A stretch of 64,000 nt of DNA. Origin: Bugula neritina (Eukaryota > Animalia > Bryozoa). Shown in pieces: positions 1 through 24,985 of this stretch. How positions within the stretch are numbered: the stretch's first letter is position 1; each line of letters starts with the position of its first letter. A program made the position numbers and the translations under genes. The stretch is from positions 35,488,080 to 35,552,079 of the forward strand of contig OZ037765.1 of the NCBI GenBank assembly GCA_964035545.1. The letters are read 5' to 3'. The notes beneath the pieces are model-generated. The model worked only from the letters and a program-made list of their open reading frames with translations. It was not told where the DNA came from and did not search any database.

Positions 1-1434
1 AAGATAATATAGCACATTGTGACAGCCGATAATGGTTACTGTATCAGCTGATAATTGTTGCTGCGTCAGCACGGATGCTGTTTGGCACAGATGCCTATGT
101 ATTGTAATTCACTTAATGAAGGGTGAAAGGATGGAGGACACAGAAGCAGGCCACAACTCTATTTTTGTCTATTGCCAACAGTATATTTTCTAAGTTAGAC
201 TTCATTCATACTTAAACTCATATTCACACTTGTACTCATACTGTAACCTATAAACATAAAAATTACAAAAATCTTGTTAGCTGACAAAACATTTAGTTAA
301 TGAAGTTCAAAACAAAAGATAATATAATACTTGATACTCACAATTATTTTGACAATTAGGTATAGATTGCCTGCATGCATCTTTAGCAGGAGGAAAACTG
401 AGCTACACTGACTCATCGACCAAAAACTGAGAGTAAATAGCTATCGCGAAAGCTTTCACAAATAGCTTTCGTTACACAATGGTATTTGAAAAGCTGCCAA
501 AAAGCCACTGCAACACCGGAGGAGCGAGTTGATTGAATTAAATTTCTAATTTAATCAAAAAATAACAATAGAACAAAATATAAAGGCAACAAAAACATAG
601 CATTGGAATGTAACAAAACTTAACGGTAAGCAAAAATACTATTTGGCTTATCAGATATATTGCAAACCTCACTGTTAAATGTAGTGTAAAATGATTGTTT
701 GGTTTGGCACCGAAACGAACCTAAAAGCGCACCTAGTCGACTGAGACAAGCAATGCAAGGTTCTGCACTGCATGAATCACCCGGCCTCTTTGCACCCTGT
801 ATGAACCCCAACCCCTGAGCCAACTTTAAGTGTTTTGTATTTTACTGCAATTGTCTGCTCCTGTCGCTACATCTCCAACTTTCCCTCTGATCACTGGGCG
901 TCACTATGATGATTTTCAACTTTCTGCTAACCCAATCCGCTAAATTGATATTGCTCTTAATTCACCACCACTCACTCGAGTTACCTTCGTAGCAATTTGA
1001 ATCTTTCCTATTTTAGCCTTGTAAAAATGTCTTGCAGTACTTGCTTGAGATTTATCATACACTGGATTTGTGGAAACTTTTTGTTGGTATGGATCTTGAG
1101 GAGTGACTTTTTTCAATTTTACTTCTGGTTCTTTCGGACAGCTTTTACACTTCCAAAAATAGGTTAAAACTTGAGCAGTATTTTCTTCACAATTCAGTAG
1201 TTTGTTGGACTCGTCTATTCCTACTGTGGAAGGAATGACAGGTTGGTTGCTGTCATCAGACTGGAGGTCATGCTCATCTGCTGAACTATCTGAAGTCTGC
1301 AGCAACAAATTTGTTGGATGCTCAGCGTCACCTTTGCTTTCCTCTTGCTTCACTTGCGAGAGACCTAACTGAGATCCAGATGGTTGGCTGGAACTTGTGC
1401 CAGACACTGACTGACTAACTTCACTACTCTGACC

Positions 1435-3311
<1,877 letters not shown>

Positions 3312-4825
3312 CTCTGACCAAGCCCATTCACCCTGTGACTTTGTAGATTGTGCTCAGGCGGTATTTCTTCCAATACTTCTAAGTTCTCATGAGGGTTAAC
3401 ATTGCTTTGTAATTGAAGCTTAAGAGCTCCATGAGAAACCCGATCGCTGCCTTCAATTTCTGTTAAATTCCACTTTGAAGAGGATCGAATTGAATCCGTC
3501 ATCGGTCCCTGCAACATTATTCCGAATGTGTTTTCCATGATCCTTAATTCTTGTTCCGTCTTGACCACTGTTCTATCTAGCATTACGTGCGCATTGTCCA
3601 ACCCTATAAGGATGTCAACAGTCGATGATTTCCTGTACAAAAGTTGTAGGTCAATGTCGGAGAAGATCTGGGCTATCTTAGTGTTGTTTGGTATCTTTAC
3701 AAGACTTGTTATGTTGTCAATGCCATAAGCAGTCACTCTTTCTGTTTTACCTTCCTGATTGATCAGCTTTACTTCATATAGCTTCGTCTTAAGATTTTTA
3801 GTCTTGCCCCCTAATACTTCAATGCTTAGTGAAATATTGCTTTTCACTGGCTTTGCTTGTACTCGCTGGACTGCATCAAGACTGATGTACGATGAATTAG
3901 AACCACTGTCATACATGAGTAGCGCTGTGACATTAAGCCCTTCTACAGGAACCTCTTGAACGGGAAAAATAATTTCTTCTACAGTAGGTTGTACCAGATG
4001 ATTGTTGACAACTGCTCCCACAGCTTTATGGCATGTATTTTCTACTTTTGCTTGATCTTTCTGTCTGTTACATAGCAATGGATGATGGTAATTGTCATTA
4101 TAATTACTGCAGTTGTTTTTCGACTTGCAATCTTTCCTTCTATGAGCACCAAAACATTTAAAACAAGCTCTGTTGGTTTTTGCTAACTAAAATCTATCAT
4201 CCATCGACATGCTATGAAACACTTTACACTCTTCAGTTGAATGCTTAGCATGAACATGATTTAAGCACTTTTGACTATCGCTTTGAAATTTTGTATGAAA
4301 AGTCAGCGTTTCTGCATGGGTTTTATTCTGTTTTACCACATAGGTCTTGTTTTCATCGATATATATCTGACGCTCAGCTAACCGTGATACTGTTCGTCTG
4401 CGGTCTTCCATGAATCCCATGAAACTTGGCAACGGGTGAACTTTGCACTCAACACTCAAACTTTCATATATCTCACACCATTGCTCTTTGATAGAATTAG
4501 GTAGCTTATCAACCAGCTCGTCAATGTGCGACATTGTAATGGCAGACGTCTGATCAATTTCTGCAAGTTGACTGTAGCATTGCTCTATCTCATCAACAAA
4601 CTGAATTTAGTATAATGTAATATAATATAATACAATATATCACTTATAATAGCACTCTCAATTCCATGGAATGTTTGTAACAAGTAAAACTAAATACAAA
4701 CATAATATCTTATCTGCAATTATAATTGGATGTCTGATCAAAATTATTATAGAAATCAATATTTTCCTTGAAGGGAACTGAAATTACTAGATGAACATTT
4801 TATATATAAAGTTAATTTTACTAAC

Positions 4826-12627
<7,802 letters not shown>

Positions 12628-12781
12628 TTCTGGTTTCTCTAAACTTTATTGAGTGTTGAGTTTTATCTGTAGCAGTTGAATCTCTTCTTTGAAACTATTC
12701 ATGTGTCTTAGTTAATGGATGTTCTGTAAAAGAAAGTAAATGGAATATTTTAGGTATCAATGTTACAGTAAGTAGTATTGT

Positions 12782-15700
12782 TGTCACAATGTGCTTCACT
12801 TAGTTTGTGGGAATCAGAATCAAGGTAATGCTACCAGCTTAGAATATCAAAGAGTTTATTTATCGATTACTATAAAAGTTCCTAACTACACACAAAGACA
12901 AGCAATACATAATTATACAATAGCAGAAACACAACCTAACTAATCTACTGCTGCTATCCAACTGCTCACTATAAAAGTGCGCTGTCAAGCAAATTAGATA
13001 GTTAGTCTCAGTTGTATTATGAACTAGCCAGTATTATAATTAAACTTATATAATACAATTGTTGAGTATTAGTAAACCCTGTACTAGGCTAGATACATTG
13101 CCTCTGATATAGGTAGAATACTACTTGATCACACATAGAGTTGCCTGTTCGATATATGCAATATTACAGGAATTCCTTACATCCCTCAGACCTATGCAAG
13201 GCCTGCAAGGCCTCTTACAATTAACTACCAATAATACAGAAAAATTTTACAAAAACAGCTTACAAGAGTTACACATAAAAATAACTAGTAAAATATAATA
13301 CATTATAATATATGAGTACAGAATAGAAAAATAGTTCCACCAGGTTACATAACAATATTTACAACCAACGCATCACCCCACAAGCGAAACTAAAAAAAAA
13401 CTACAATAATGATAATCATTATAGTATAATCCCCATACCCCGAGTCGAGCCGACAGAGCCATCATTATCCATATTTATTTGCTGAGTCTTTTGTCGAGAA
13501 GCTCCTGCAATCTGTTGAGCTTGGTTGCCATCCTCCTCTGTTCTTTGCACATTCGTGTGAAGTGCTTTAGAGGGGGATTTAGACTAAAGTTGTCTTTTCT
13601 CCCAGCTGTATACACCTGTTTTTACCACCTGTGCTTCCACGTCTAAGCTAGGGGGTTCACCATCTTTGCACTCAATGTTTAGGCATTGCTTACACCCTTC
13701 TCCACATCGCCGGCTCAGTCCATCGGCATTACTGTGTTTCTTTCTGGGTTGGTGTTCAATTCGATAGAAAAACTCAGCCAGTATTTTATGCCAGCTCACT
13801 ACTTGACTAGAGGGTTTAGCTTGTCTGCACAACCATATCAAGGATGCGTCATCCATTTGTAGCCTGAACGTACACCCGAACAGATATGGCCTGAAGTGCT
13901 CGACCGCCTTGACTACTGCCAGGAGCTCTTTCCTGATTGTACAGTAGTTCTTTTCAGCGGCCGACATAGTTTTACTGTAGTAAGCCACCACCACCTCGTT
14001 ACCATTCTGGACCTGAGACAGCACAGCTCCTACATTGTGGTTGCTTGCATCAATGTCCAGAATGTACTCCTTAGAAGGATCAAGTTACGCCAAGATAGGT
14101 GCCTCCATCAAGCGATCCTTGAGGTGCTCAAATGCTTACTGGTTAGCATACGTTCACTGCCAACAGACCCCCTTAGCTGTCAGCCGGTTCAGTGGCTGAG
14201 CAATTTCTGCAAAGTTGGGAATGTACTGTCTATAGTACCCTACAAACCCCAGAAACACTCGCAATTCAGGGAGGGTGAGATAAACGGTCCAGTCTCTCAC
14301 AGCCCGTACCTTCTCAGGGTCTGTAGCGGCCCCGTCTCGACCAACTATATGGCCCATGTAATTAAGCTCTTGTTGCAGCAACATATACGTAGAGGGCTTG
14401 AGTTTCAGACTGGCGGCTCGCAGTCTGTCAAACACCTCTCTGAGCCGACTGACATGTGTGTCGAAGTTGGGGGAGGTGACAATGACATCATCGAGATAGA
14501 TGAGCAAAGTCTTCCAGTGTAGCCTACTCAGGACCTGCTCCATGAGTCGCTAGAAGGTGGCCGGAGCAGACGTAAGTTCAAACGGCAGCACCTTCCACTT
14601 CTAAAGCCCATCCCGCGTTATAAACGCAGCTTTGTCTTGTGCATCAGGACTCAGGGGCACTTGCCAGTACCCACTCAACAAGTCCAACGTACTGAAGAAC
14701 TTGCTACCAGCTAAGTCATCTAGCGACTCATCGATCCTTGAAAGAAGGTAAGCGTCCTAAATGGTCACGCTGTTTAGTTTGCAATAATCCACGCAAAACC
14801 TTCAGCTCTCATCCCTTTTCTAAACTAGGAAAACTAGAAGGCTTCAAGCACTATGAGTTGGTTTGATCAGGTCCCTGTTTAAAAGATCTTGCACCTGACG
14901 GCTCACTTCCTTTTTCTTTTCAGGACCTAACCGGCGGGTCAGCTGCTAAATAAGCCCTGTTCTCGCTGCCAGGGGTATTTCATGACAGACAGCCTTGGTC
15001 AGACCCACGTCATAGTTGCTGCAACTAAGCACATCTTTGTAATCAGAGAGTAACTGCGCCACTACCAGGCGTTCCCGCTGACTCTCACAGTCATCACAGG
15101 CAGCCCTGTACAAATCTACCAAGTGTTGCAGGCCCCACAAACCTCCTCTGCCGTCTCCATGGCGGGCCCAACATCCTGTACGGAGTGGAACTTTCTCACT
15201 AACAACCTAGCCGGCAATTCTACCGGCTCTGTGAAAGGGTTCACACATTTTACCAAGAACTCCCCCGCTCATCCAGACGATTTAGACTGTTAGCGAGCTG
15301 AACACCCTCCAGTGCCCCTTCCACCACTCCTAAATCTGAAATCTTCCTACAGTTCACTCTGCAGCAAACCATAGCCTGAGAGCGCCCAAGATTGGTACAT
15401 TGCCGCACCACCTGCACTCCCACTGCATGCTCGACAAACATCACCGGCGACTTACTAAAGTTAATGTGGCATTTGCGTCGTTTCAGGAATGGCATTCCCA
15501 GGATGGCATCTTCCTTAAGCTGACTGACGGTGAAAGTCTCACTGATCACCTGATCATCGACTCGACCAGTCAGCTCTATCACTCCATAGAATGGAATACA
15601 TGACCCCTCCGCCAACATGCCGTGTTCCCCTTCATATGGAACCAGGTTAGCCCCATCTCCTGCATTAAGCTGGAGGCTTTTTCACATGGTATGAAAAAGA

Positions 15701-16561
15701 CGCCGGCTCAGAAGATTAGTGGTGCACCCAGTATCTAACAAGAATGTTGCAGCTTTGCCGGCATGTTTACTAGGCAAGAAACAACTGCTTCCATATGGCT
15801 GGGTGCTCACTGAGCAGCTCGTCTCTGGAGGTAACATCTCGGCCTTGCTTGCACGCAGGCAGCCAAGTGAAGGCTCGGTCCTGCTCACACGTGGGCAGCC
15901 AAAAGAAATCTCGGTCCTGCTCCCACTCTTCTTACGCCCCCTCATCTGGCAACCCTTCAAAGCGGTTTTTGAGTAGACAAACCAGAGGTTTTGGCAAACC
16001 TTGCGGTCTGCTAACTTTCCATGGAGCTTGCCACTCTGACGAAGACAGCCTCCTCGCCCGATCGGGCTTGGGCCTTGGCCTTGGTCTCGGAGGGTTAAAC
16101 TGAGGTCCACGGTTGGCAGAATCTACCGTGGGCCGCTGGCTTTTAACTGTTTCTTCCCACCATGGGGGCAGCTCCTCAAGAGGTGCCCACCACTTCCACA
16201 ACTCCAACACACAGGAATGCGTCTGCCAACGGCAGCTGTCTGAGACCTAGCAGATCACTCAACTGTCGGCTGTTGTCGGAGACGCCTGATTTTGGCCAGC
16301 AGCTGCTGAACCAGCCTCAGGGTTAAGCCGGTCGGCTCGTCAGCTGCCGCTGTGGCCACGTGTACAGCCTGCTATCCAACTGCGTGCTACAAAAGTGCGC
16401 TGTCAAGCAAATTAGATAACGTGAACTAGCCAGCCGAGGTCGAGTGTTAGCAGACCCTGTACTAGGCTATAGATACATTGCCTCTAATATAGGTAGAATA
16501 CTGCTTAGTCACACATGGAGTTGCCTGTTCGATATATGCACTATTACAGAAAGTCCTTACA
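12782..16561 (-). mobile_element. Gypsy/Ty3 LTR retrotransposon, degenerate and internally deleted
   Basis: Protease FLLDTGCTTNLLS (~15710-15750), RT GYWQVP...LIYLDDVIV (14154-14700), RNase H VVAYYSK..NYC...ELLAVV (13584-14024). Diverged direct repeats ~12952-13181 and 16371-16561 both end ...ccttaca. No integrase seen. Left boundary and TSD unresolved. Confidence 0.88.
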
Positions 16562-16565
16562 TAAT

Positions 16566-16995
16566 GTCTGTGTGTCTACAGTAAGTAGTCTGTCTGTGTG
16601 TCTACAGTAAGTAGTCTGTCTGTGTGTCTACAGTAAGTAGTCTGTCTGTGTGTCTACAGTATGTAGTCTGTCTATGTGTCTACAGTAAGTAGTCTGTCTG
16701 TGTGTCTACAGTAAGTAGTCTGTCTGTGTGTCTACAGTAAGTAGTCTGTCTGTGTGTCTACAGTAAGTAGTCTGTCTGTGTGTCTACAGTAAGTAGTCTG
16801 TCTGTGTGTCTACAGTAAGTAGTCTGTCTGTGTGTCTACAGTAAGTAGTCTGTCTGTGTGTCTACAGTAAGTAGTCTGTCTGTGTGTCTACAGTAAGTAG
16901 TCTGTCTGTGTGTCTACAGTAAGTAGTCTGTCTGTGTGTCTACAGTAAGTAGTCTGTCTGTGTGTCTACAGTAAGTAGTCTGTCTGTGTGTCCAC
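16566..16995. repeat. 26-bp minisatellite (gtctgtgtgtctacagtaagtagtct)
   Basis: About 16 nearly identical copies abutting the Gypsy LTR. Confidence 0.95.
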
Positions 16996-17261
16996 CTGTA
17001 CAATGCTAACTAATCATTGATATATATATAAATGTTGCCACTACTTGATATTCTTGCATTTAGGTATACTCTAGTTGTCACATATAAAAGTTGAATAATA
17101 AAACCCATAAGAAATATCTTACGAACAAGTTTTTTCATAATTCCACCAAAAAGACCAATAAATAATTTTGCCAAAGGAATAAAATGTGTGTTTTCTTTCC
17201 TAATACGTACCTCATATATTTGATAAGTCTATAATTGCATTCCAATAAAGGTTGCGCATAA

Positions 17262-17515
<254 letters not shown>

Positions 17516-18147
17516 TAAACAACACACTGAAATTGATTATATAGCTTCACAGTGTTACTATATTGAACGATCAACAAAATATACTGCATGAGTAGTATTG
17601 ATTTGTTTTGGAAATACCTGTATTTTGCAACTTGGGCGTGGATGTAGTGTCAGTATGTGGAAAAAGCCTAAAAGAGTAACCTTTTTCTGAATTATTATCT
17701 CTATCTCTACTGCTGGAAGACTAATGATATATTTAATCTGTGTGAAGTGGAGGGAAGTGTTAGACAGAATGAATAGATGTATTGGATAGTCAGTAGATTT
17801 TGAGACATGGGCTACATCAGAAGAGTTAACAAAGGAACAATACAAAGTTATTCAAATATCAAAGCCATGAATGGATGAATTCTCCATATTATTATGAAAA
17901 AATACTCTAGACTGTTATTCATGTTTTACATATTATTATCATTCTAAATTCAATGTCTGCATTTACATACTAGCTTGATTAACTATTTGTGTAGGTTTTA
18001 CTGACAGTCATTATGGAATTCACTGAATGTAGAGTGAGAGACTGAAAAGTGACATAGTTTCTATTTTCATATATTACAAAGGAGGTTAATGAGCTGTAAA
18101 TAATATAAGCTGTGTAAGCTGTAAACCCCTATAACATGTGTACAGAG

Positions 18148-19238
18148 GGTGTCTGGTAAAAATTGCACCAGTAAAAAAGACACAGGCAAAAATGGCACAG
18201 TAAAAGTGACACAGGCAATAATGGTACAGAAGGAAAACTAGGTAAAAATAGCACATTTTGAATATCAGAGTTTAAAGTGAGATTAAGTGTTTTAGATGAG
18301 GGTTTAGGTTTGGGAATGATTGTTTGAGTTTGGAGTTTGGGTTTAATGATTAAGGGTCACAGGATAGTTAAGGGCATCCTCATAAATAATGTAGTTTAGG
18401 TTTTTGTATAATATTGCTCTGTGGGTGGCATGTGTGATGCCTATAACTTGCAATTGTTTAGCCTAAGATCAAACTACAACCAATAAACAGCCACCTTAAG
18501 TAGAACTGCACTGTCTATCAACATTCCATTATGAGTGCTACATAAGCAAGCTATTCGTTATAGCTCGTCAGCTTATAGCAAGCCTATAATTTATGGTAAT
18601 GTACTCGCCAATACCTTCTCATTCCTACATACTCACTGAAGCGTCAAGTGCTGCCCGCTGCTAATTACTTAGGAAAAAATATAGCATTTTCAGTGTATAA
18701 ATCATTAATTTATGACAAATCTAGAAGGGTTATCTGCAAAAGGAAAAAGTTGCACTGGAGAAATATCTCAGGATTCCAGCAGTGCAACTTATATTCAGAT
18801 ATCATGTTTTGCTGCTGAGATATTTTACTGGTACTGGAAAGTCAGCTTTTCAGGCAACATTGGACAAAAATGGGCAGTTTTTTGTCTTCAACTATGCAAA
18901 AATAAAAATTGAAAACTCCAAAAAAGTTGCACTGAGGAAAAAAAAGATCTACAACATAGTTATTAAATTTTGACTCTAACACAATTAGGTGAGATTTTCT
19001 TTTACTGGTACTGAATTCTTATATGATTACAATGCAAATCTCAGCAAGGCAGTTGCAGCTAAAAGGTTGCCCTTAGCTATCCTGTGGTTTGAGTTTGAGA
19101 AAATTTAACATCAGTGTGCCATTTTTTCTACTTTTTCATGTGTGCCGTTATTACCAGTGCCATTATTACCAGTGCCATTATTACCAGTGCCATTAGTACC
19201 TGTGTTATTAGTACCTGTGCCATATTTACATAAAATCA
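18148..19238. mobile_element. Non-autonomous Mutator-like (MULE/Rehavkus-type) element
   Basis: 9-bp direct repeat tgtacagag at 18139-18147 and 19239-19247; subterminal ~15-bp repeats ggtaaaaatggcaca at left and the inverted tgccattattaccag at right. Confidence 0.75.
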
Positions 19239-20956
19239 TGTACAGAGTCTCTATACTTACTTCTCCACTACTGCATGCTCATAAATGTAATCTTTACTCA
19301 GTATATCTGCATATACCCAGGTCTGTAGTATCATATCAGAGTTACTCACCATTTTACTAACTACGTTTCTAAGTTTTATGTCAGGTCATGTGACTTGAGC
19401 CCGTATCTACTGCGCAGTCAAGTCATCCGGTGAAAAAGAGAGTTGAGTAGCTCCGTCTAAACACACAGCACGCTCATTAGGCCGTTGTATAACTCTAATA
19501 CAGTTCATACTTCTGATACTTTGTCTTTAATGCAGGAAATTCTGTATCTTTAACCAACTTGTTATGAGTGTGCTATGCTAGTATTTACTATAACAGGTCA
19601 TTGCAGGGGTTCGGCAACACTGATGTTCTGTATTGATAATATGAAACAGGTACCATGTTGAATAAAATATAAATTGTAATACTCAGGGTGACATGGTATG
19701 ATAAAATATAATCTGAAATATTGCAGTAATAGAATGCACATACACACAGAAGTAATAACATTGTTATGATGTATTATGTAATGCCTATTGTAAAGAATTA
19801 AAGAAAGAGTTAGCATGATGGCCTTTGTTACAAATACCACTAAATTGTTAAACTTCTATTTTTAACCTTTTAGAGATGATATTTGTTGTTTTATTAGAGA
19901 TTTCATTCTCCTATGCAACAGTCAGCTGCCTAATAATAGATAAAGCCTAACCACCATCTTTGTTGAAGTCAGCTTCTAGGGTTTTGACAGGAACGGGTTT
20001 ATTTTCCTTTGTGAGGTCATTACATGTGCCCCATAGTTAGCTGACTTTAATTGTTATTAATTTTAGATTTGATTACTTTTTCTTTGTGATTGCCCTGGTA
20101 TTTAAGGCAGCTTAGAAACCCCAGAAAAAACAGTCACTCGTGTAGCCTAAGCTGTGCTACCGATATTGTATTTTATTAAGTCAAGTGACAAAGTTAATAA
20201 CAAGTTAGATTTTTCATATAATATAGCAAGCTCATCAGGAGGATAGAGGTATTATCATTTATCCCTATTTTTAACATGATACTTTATGTGTTTTAGGAGA
20301 TTTTTTATTGCTTTTATATTTCAATATTATATCCTGATGTTTGCTAACATTTTAACAATTGTATTATATAAGTTTTAACACACCACTATGTATACTTTGT
20401 ATGTTGATTGTAGTTTTTACGATTTAGAAGAATCACTAAATGTGAAAGATTTATTGAACCATCTTCTGAGTTCATACTAAAACAGTTTTTGTGACAAAAC
20501 CTTGCACAACACTTATAATAATGTCTAACTTACAAATTTATTGCCCTCCATAATAGTGCCATTAGATAGTATGACTTTTAAACCTGAAGGCACAAATAAA
20601 ACATATAAAATGAAGTATGTAATATAGTCATATTCTTATATTAACAAAAACAATTATCTTTATTATATTATACAATATATAGGTGGTATAAAATATGGTA
20701 ACTTACAGTTATGTTAAAAATGTGAGACTTTACTTCTTAATACTATAATGGCTGACAAATTGTAAGCTAAGAGTTGCTAAATCTCTACTGTGTTCTGTCC
20801 AAGTAACTGGCTTAGGTTAAATTGGCCAACTGGTTCAAAAGTCAATTCCTTACAAGATCACTGCATACTGGTTGAGGAACATGCAATGACTAACATAAAT
20901 ATTTTGTTTATAAGGACACAAGTTCTATAACTAGAGACCTTTCGTAAAATTTACCA

Positions 20957-21270
20957 TATATAGCATATATATAGCATATATAGCATATATAGCATATATA
21001 TAGCATATATAGCATATATAGCTTATATAGCTTATATAGCATATGTAGCATATGTAGCATAATTATATAGCATACATAGCATATATGTAACATAATTATA
21101 TAGCATATATAGCATATATAGCTTATATAGCATATATAGCATATGTAACATATATAGCTTATATAGCATATATAGCTTATATAGCTTATATAGCATATAT
21201 AGCATATGTAACATATATAGCTTATATAGCATATATAGCTTATATAGCATATATAGCATATATAGCATAT
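20957..21270. repeat. 9-bp minisatellite (atatatagc)
   Basis: Directly visible. Confidence 0.9.
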
Positions 21271-21760
21271 GTGATATGTCTACAGACATAAATACTAACT
21301 CTCTGTATGAAATGGCCATCACAGTTGTTTGACATTGTCTGTTATGTAAATTATACAATCTTGTTTGCATCATTTTACCTTATGTTAGTAATTACTATAC
21401 TGTATTCACTGATTATTAACTAAACATTTTTGTAAGTAGTGCATCATTTTATACCTTATGTTAGTTACGATATTCACTGATTATGTATTAATAATGCTTA
21501 TATACCATATAATATGTTCTGGTGTTTCATCTGAAGATTTTATGTTTTTAGAAATAATTGCCAAACAATCAAGAAATAAAATTTTTGAGTTTAAAACTGT
21601 TTGATGACAAAAAGCAGTCGGAAAAATAAATATCTTGGAGCCAAACAAGCAATTATTAAGTTCTCATAAAAACTGTGTCAAGTGCAATGACAAACATGTA
21701 ATATATTGCACTTTGTAATAAATGCAGATAATTTATACAAAATTTTAGAAGTTACATACT

Positions 21761-22250
21761 ACCAGGTTAGATATTACCAGGTTAGATATTACCAGGTTAT
21801 AGATACTACCAGGTTAGATATTACCAGATTATAGATATACCAGGTTAGATATTACCAGGTTAGATATTACCAGGTTATAGATACTACCAGGTTAGATATT
21901 ACCAGGTTAGATACTACCGAGTTAGATATTACCAGATTATAGATATACCAGGTTAGATATTACCAGGTTATAGATACTACCAGGTTAGATATTACCAGGT
22001 TATAGATATACCAGGTTAGATATACTACCAGGTTAGATATTACCAGGTTAGATACTACCGAGTTAGATATTACCAGATTATAGATATACCAGGTTAGATA
22101 TTACCAGGTTAGATATTACCAGGTTATAGATACTACCAGGTTAGATATTACCAGATTATAGATATACCAGGTTAGATATTACCAGGTTAGATACTATAAC
22201 CAGGTTAGATACTACCAGGTTAGATATTACCAGGTTAGATATTACCAGGT
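21761..22250. repeat. 15-17-bp minisatellite (accaggttagatatt)
   Basis: About 30 copies. Confidence 0.92.
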
Positions 22251-22895
22251 GCAGCACTACTCATATATGACACTGATAACAATATTTCATTGCCCATCAG
22301 TTTTCATGCAGTACAAGGAGTGTAAGCCAATGCGGAGCAATAGTTCACCCAACAAAGCAGTTTTAAAAAAAATTAAGCTATAGATGAAGCAACACAGATC
22401 AAGCTGAAAAAGAAGAATGAATGAGTGATGAATTACGGTATACATCATGTAAAATGTCCTGTGAAGCTACTGTGCTAAAGTTGCCCAGACTTTTCTTAGT
22501 GCATTCACATACAGTGTTGATACAGGAAATCATCATCAGTATATGCTCCTGTGGACCAATACAATAAAAGGTCGAAAAAGAACTTCAGTCAAGAGAAAGA
22601 ACTGATAGTAGTTCTACGTGACTAAACAGTGAATCCTGCTACTGTGTCATAGCAGTCACATTGTCTCATTCAAAGAGCAATAATAACTGGCCTTTGCTAC
22701 GGCTCAGAAGAGATGCTGAATAGCAAAGTTCTCTTGGTTCCCTGACTCAGTACCTATATTTGGCTGCCATCATGCCTGCATAACAATCACTGGAGAGATG
22801 TATGTCGTCAGAGCATGCAGATGTGATGAGTAGTAGTTATCAGAGAGTAGTCTAGCTAGTCAGAGTGACAAGAAGCGGTTAAAGACTTGCAACCT

Positions 22896-23087
22896 TCAAT
22901 TTATATTCTCTGTGACTCTGTAGTACTGTCTGATAGCTGATAGTTTCCTGGTACAGACCTCATAAGGGGGAGTGGTTAGAGACTTGCATCCATCAACCTG
23001 TATCATTTGTAATTTCTTCAAGTTGCAGACAGCCTCTGGAATTGTAGTTAAGTTGTTCTCAATATTCAGATATTTCAGATTTGCCAA
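22896..23087 (-). pseudogene. Relic LRR C-terminal exon (LRR to Roc junction type)
   Basis: LANLKYLNIENNLTTIPEAVCNLKKLQMIQVDGCKSLTTPPYEVCTRKLSAIRQYY; PP.EV....AIRQY is typical of the LRR cap before a Roc GTPase. No AG acceptor directly upstream, and it stops early. Confidence 0.6.
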
Positions 23088-24180
23088 ATATATACTTCAA
23101 ACTTTAATTCAGATAAAAATGATATATAATAAGTCACAATCTAGCAAATATATTCCTTCTGATTATACAGCTTCTGAAGATGTTTAGAAATATCTCATAA
23201 GCTCAACACAACAATTATTTCAGACTGTTATGCATTTGAAAAAATATCTGCAAACTTATCACGGGCAACTTTCCTTAAAAGTCGTACGTCGTCATTTGAA
23301 AAATGACAACTCTTGATAACTGTTTTACTATAAAAATGCTCCTGCGCCACTTGGAAGTAAATTATATTCAACACAATATCATAAAATACACTCTGATTAA
23401 GGGCGCAAGTTCAAATTTCCTACGCGGTACCCCTACCGAGTAGAGTTTCATTAATTTAACTCTAAATTTTTTTCACAATGTTCTGTATTTCATTTTTTGT
23501 ATTCCACCATAGTTGTTCTATTGTCTTTTTGTATTTTTTCTGTATTGGTGTAATTTGTGTTAATTTAGGTTTCACGGTATATAAGATAGATAAAGAACCA
23601 GTGAACCACTCCATGCAGCTTAGTGACACACTTACTCAATAGTTAAACCTCACACCCATCTATAGTGAAACCTACAGCCCTAACAGTGAACACTTAACAG
23701 TAAAACCTTTGGTCTCCTGCTGACACACACTAAACTTACGACTATTTACAATAAAGATCCGAGACTGACTGTTTGAAAAAGCTGCAACTAAATTCAGCAC
23801 ACACCTGTCAGTTGACTACATAACAGAACTCCATTGCCCATTAAATCACAAGCCATTTACACACACAAGCATGGATGAGGTATAGCAGTGAGTGCATGGA
23901 GCAGCAGGCAATCCATAAACCCATGCTTTCCCAACCACAAAGCCTGGGGTAGCCCACGTGAACCAAGAGATGACTATTATATCTGTACACTATTAGTACT
24001 GCTAACTCTATTCAATCGCACACTTACAGTGATCTTAGCAAAAGAAACAGCTGATACTAATATTATTTTAATTCACGTGCCAATAGTTTCTTCTTTAGGT
24101 AAATTGATGACAGTTGCAAATTGCATTAAAAATTTTTTTTAACTAAAGCACCTTATCAGTATTATATACATCTATATACT

Positions 24181-24324
24181 AATGTCTCAAGTAGAGATGT
24201 TAGTTCACATTCCTTAATATTCAACTTCCTTAGAGATGTCATTGATGTGAATACATCAGGTAATCCTTTACTGAAGTTATTCCATGATATATTAACATTC
24301 TCCAGATTCTTCATATTAGACATG
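24181..24324 (-). pseudogene. Degenerate duplicate of the LRR exon at 4826-4969
   Basis: Near-identical core (cttccttagagatgtcattgatgtgaatacatcaggtaatcctttactgaagttattcc). The donor gag|gttag has become gac|attag. Confidence 0.75.
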
Positions 24325-24840
24325 CTATAACAGACATAATATAGGTTTTGAAACTACCAACTAGAAAGCACGTGTTTGCATTGTTTGTACTTTTGACAGT
24401 TTCTTTACTTAGAAACACTCAGAGTAGTATTAGCTTATATAGCGCCCCTCTTTTGGGTTTCATTAGAGAAAAGCTTTATGACTACCAAATTGCTATGACA
24501 GTATCCATAAAAGTCTAACACAAAATATTCACTGCATAGAAAAACTGTGTCTCTGATATGCATGAGAAGAAACCCTCAGCGAGGTAATAAATTTAGGATC
24601 CATAAGCAACAAACTCTAGCATCAAGGATCTCTTTTTGAAGTAGAGGTTTTTATGGTAGGTTTTGCCCATTTAAATTAAATTGATGACTTTTGGCCAGCC
24701 AGATGCTCCAGCTTTTCATTAGTGTTTCAAAAAAGCTTTTTACATACAACTGAGTCATCTCACTTCAGCAAATCAAATGTTGTACTATAGCCAGAGATAA
24801 TTAGAATAGACAACAATGGGTAGAATAGACAATGAAAGGT

Positions 24841-24985
24841 GAAATAGACACCATGATATGTGAAATAGACACCATGATATGGGAAATAGACACCATGATA
24901 TGTGAAATAGACACCATGATATGTGAAATAGACACCATGATATGGGAAATAGACACCATGATATGTAAAACAGACACCATGATAG
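24841..24985. repeat. 21-bp minisatellite (gaaatagacaccatgatatgt)
   Basis: About 6-7 copies. Confidence 0.9.

Noticed and set aside
12760-12830. TSD for the Gypsy element
   Set aside because: No candidate TG start gives an exact 4-5 bp match to the right flank (taatg); left unresolved.
23395-23450. B-box-like gttcaaat, possible tRNA or SINE head
   Set aside because: No cloverleaf or A box could be folded.
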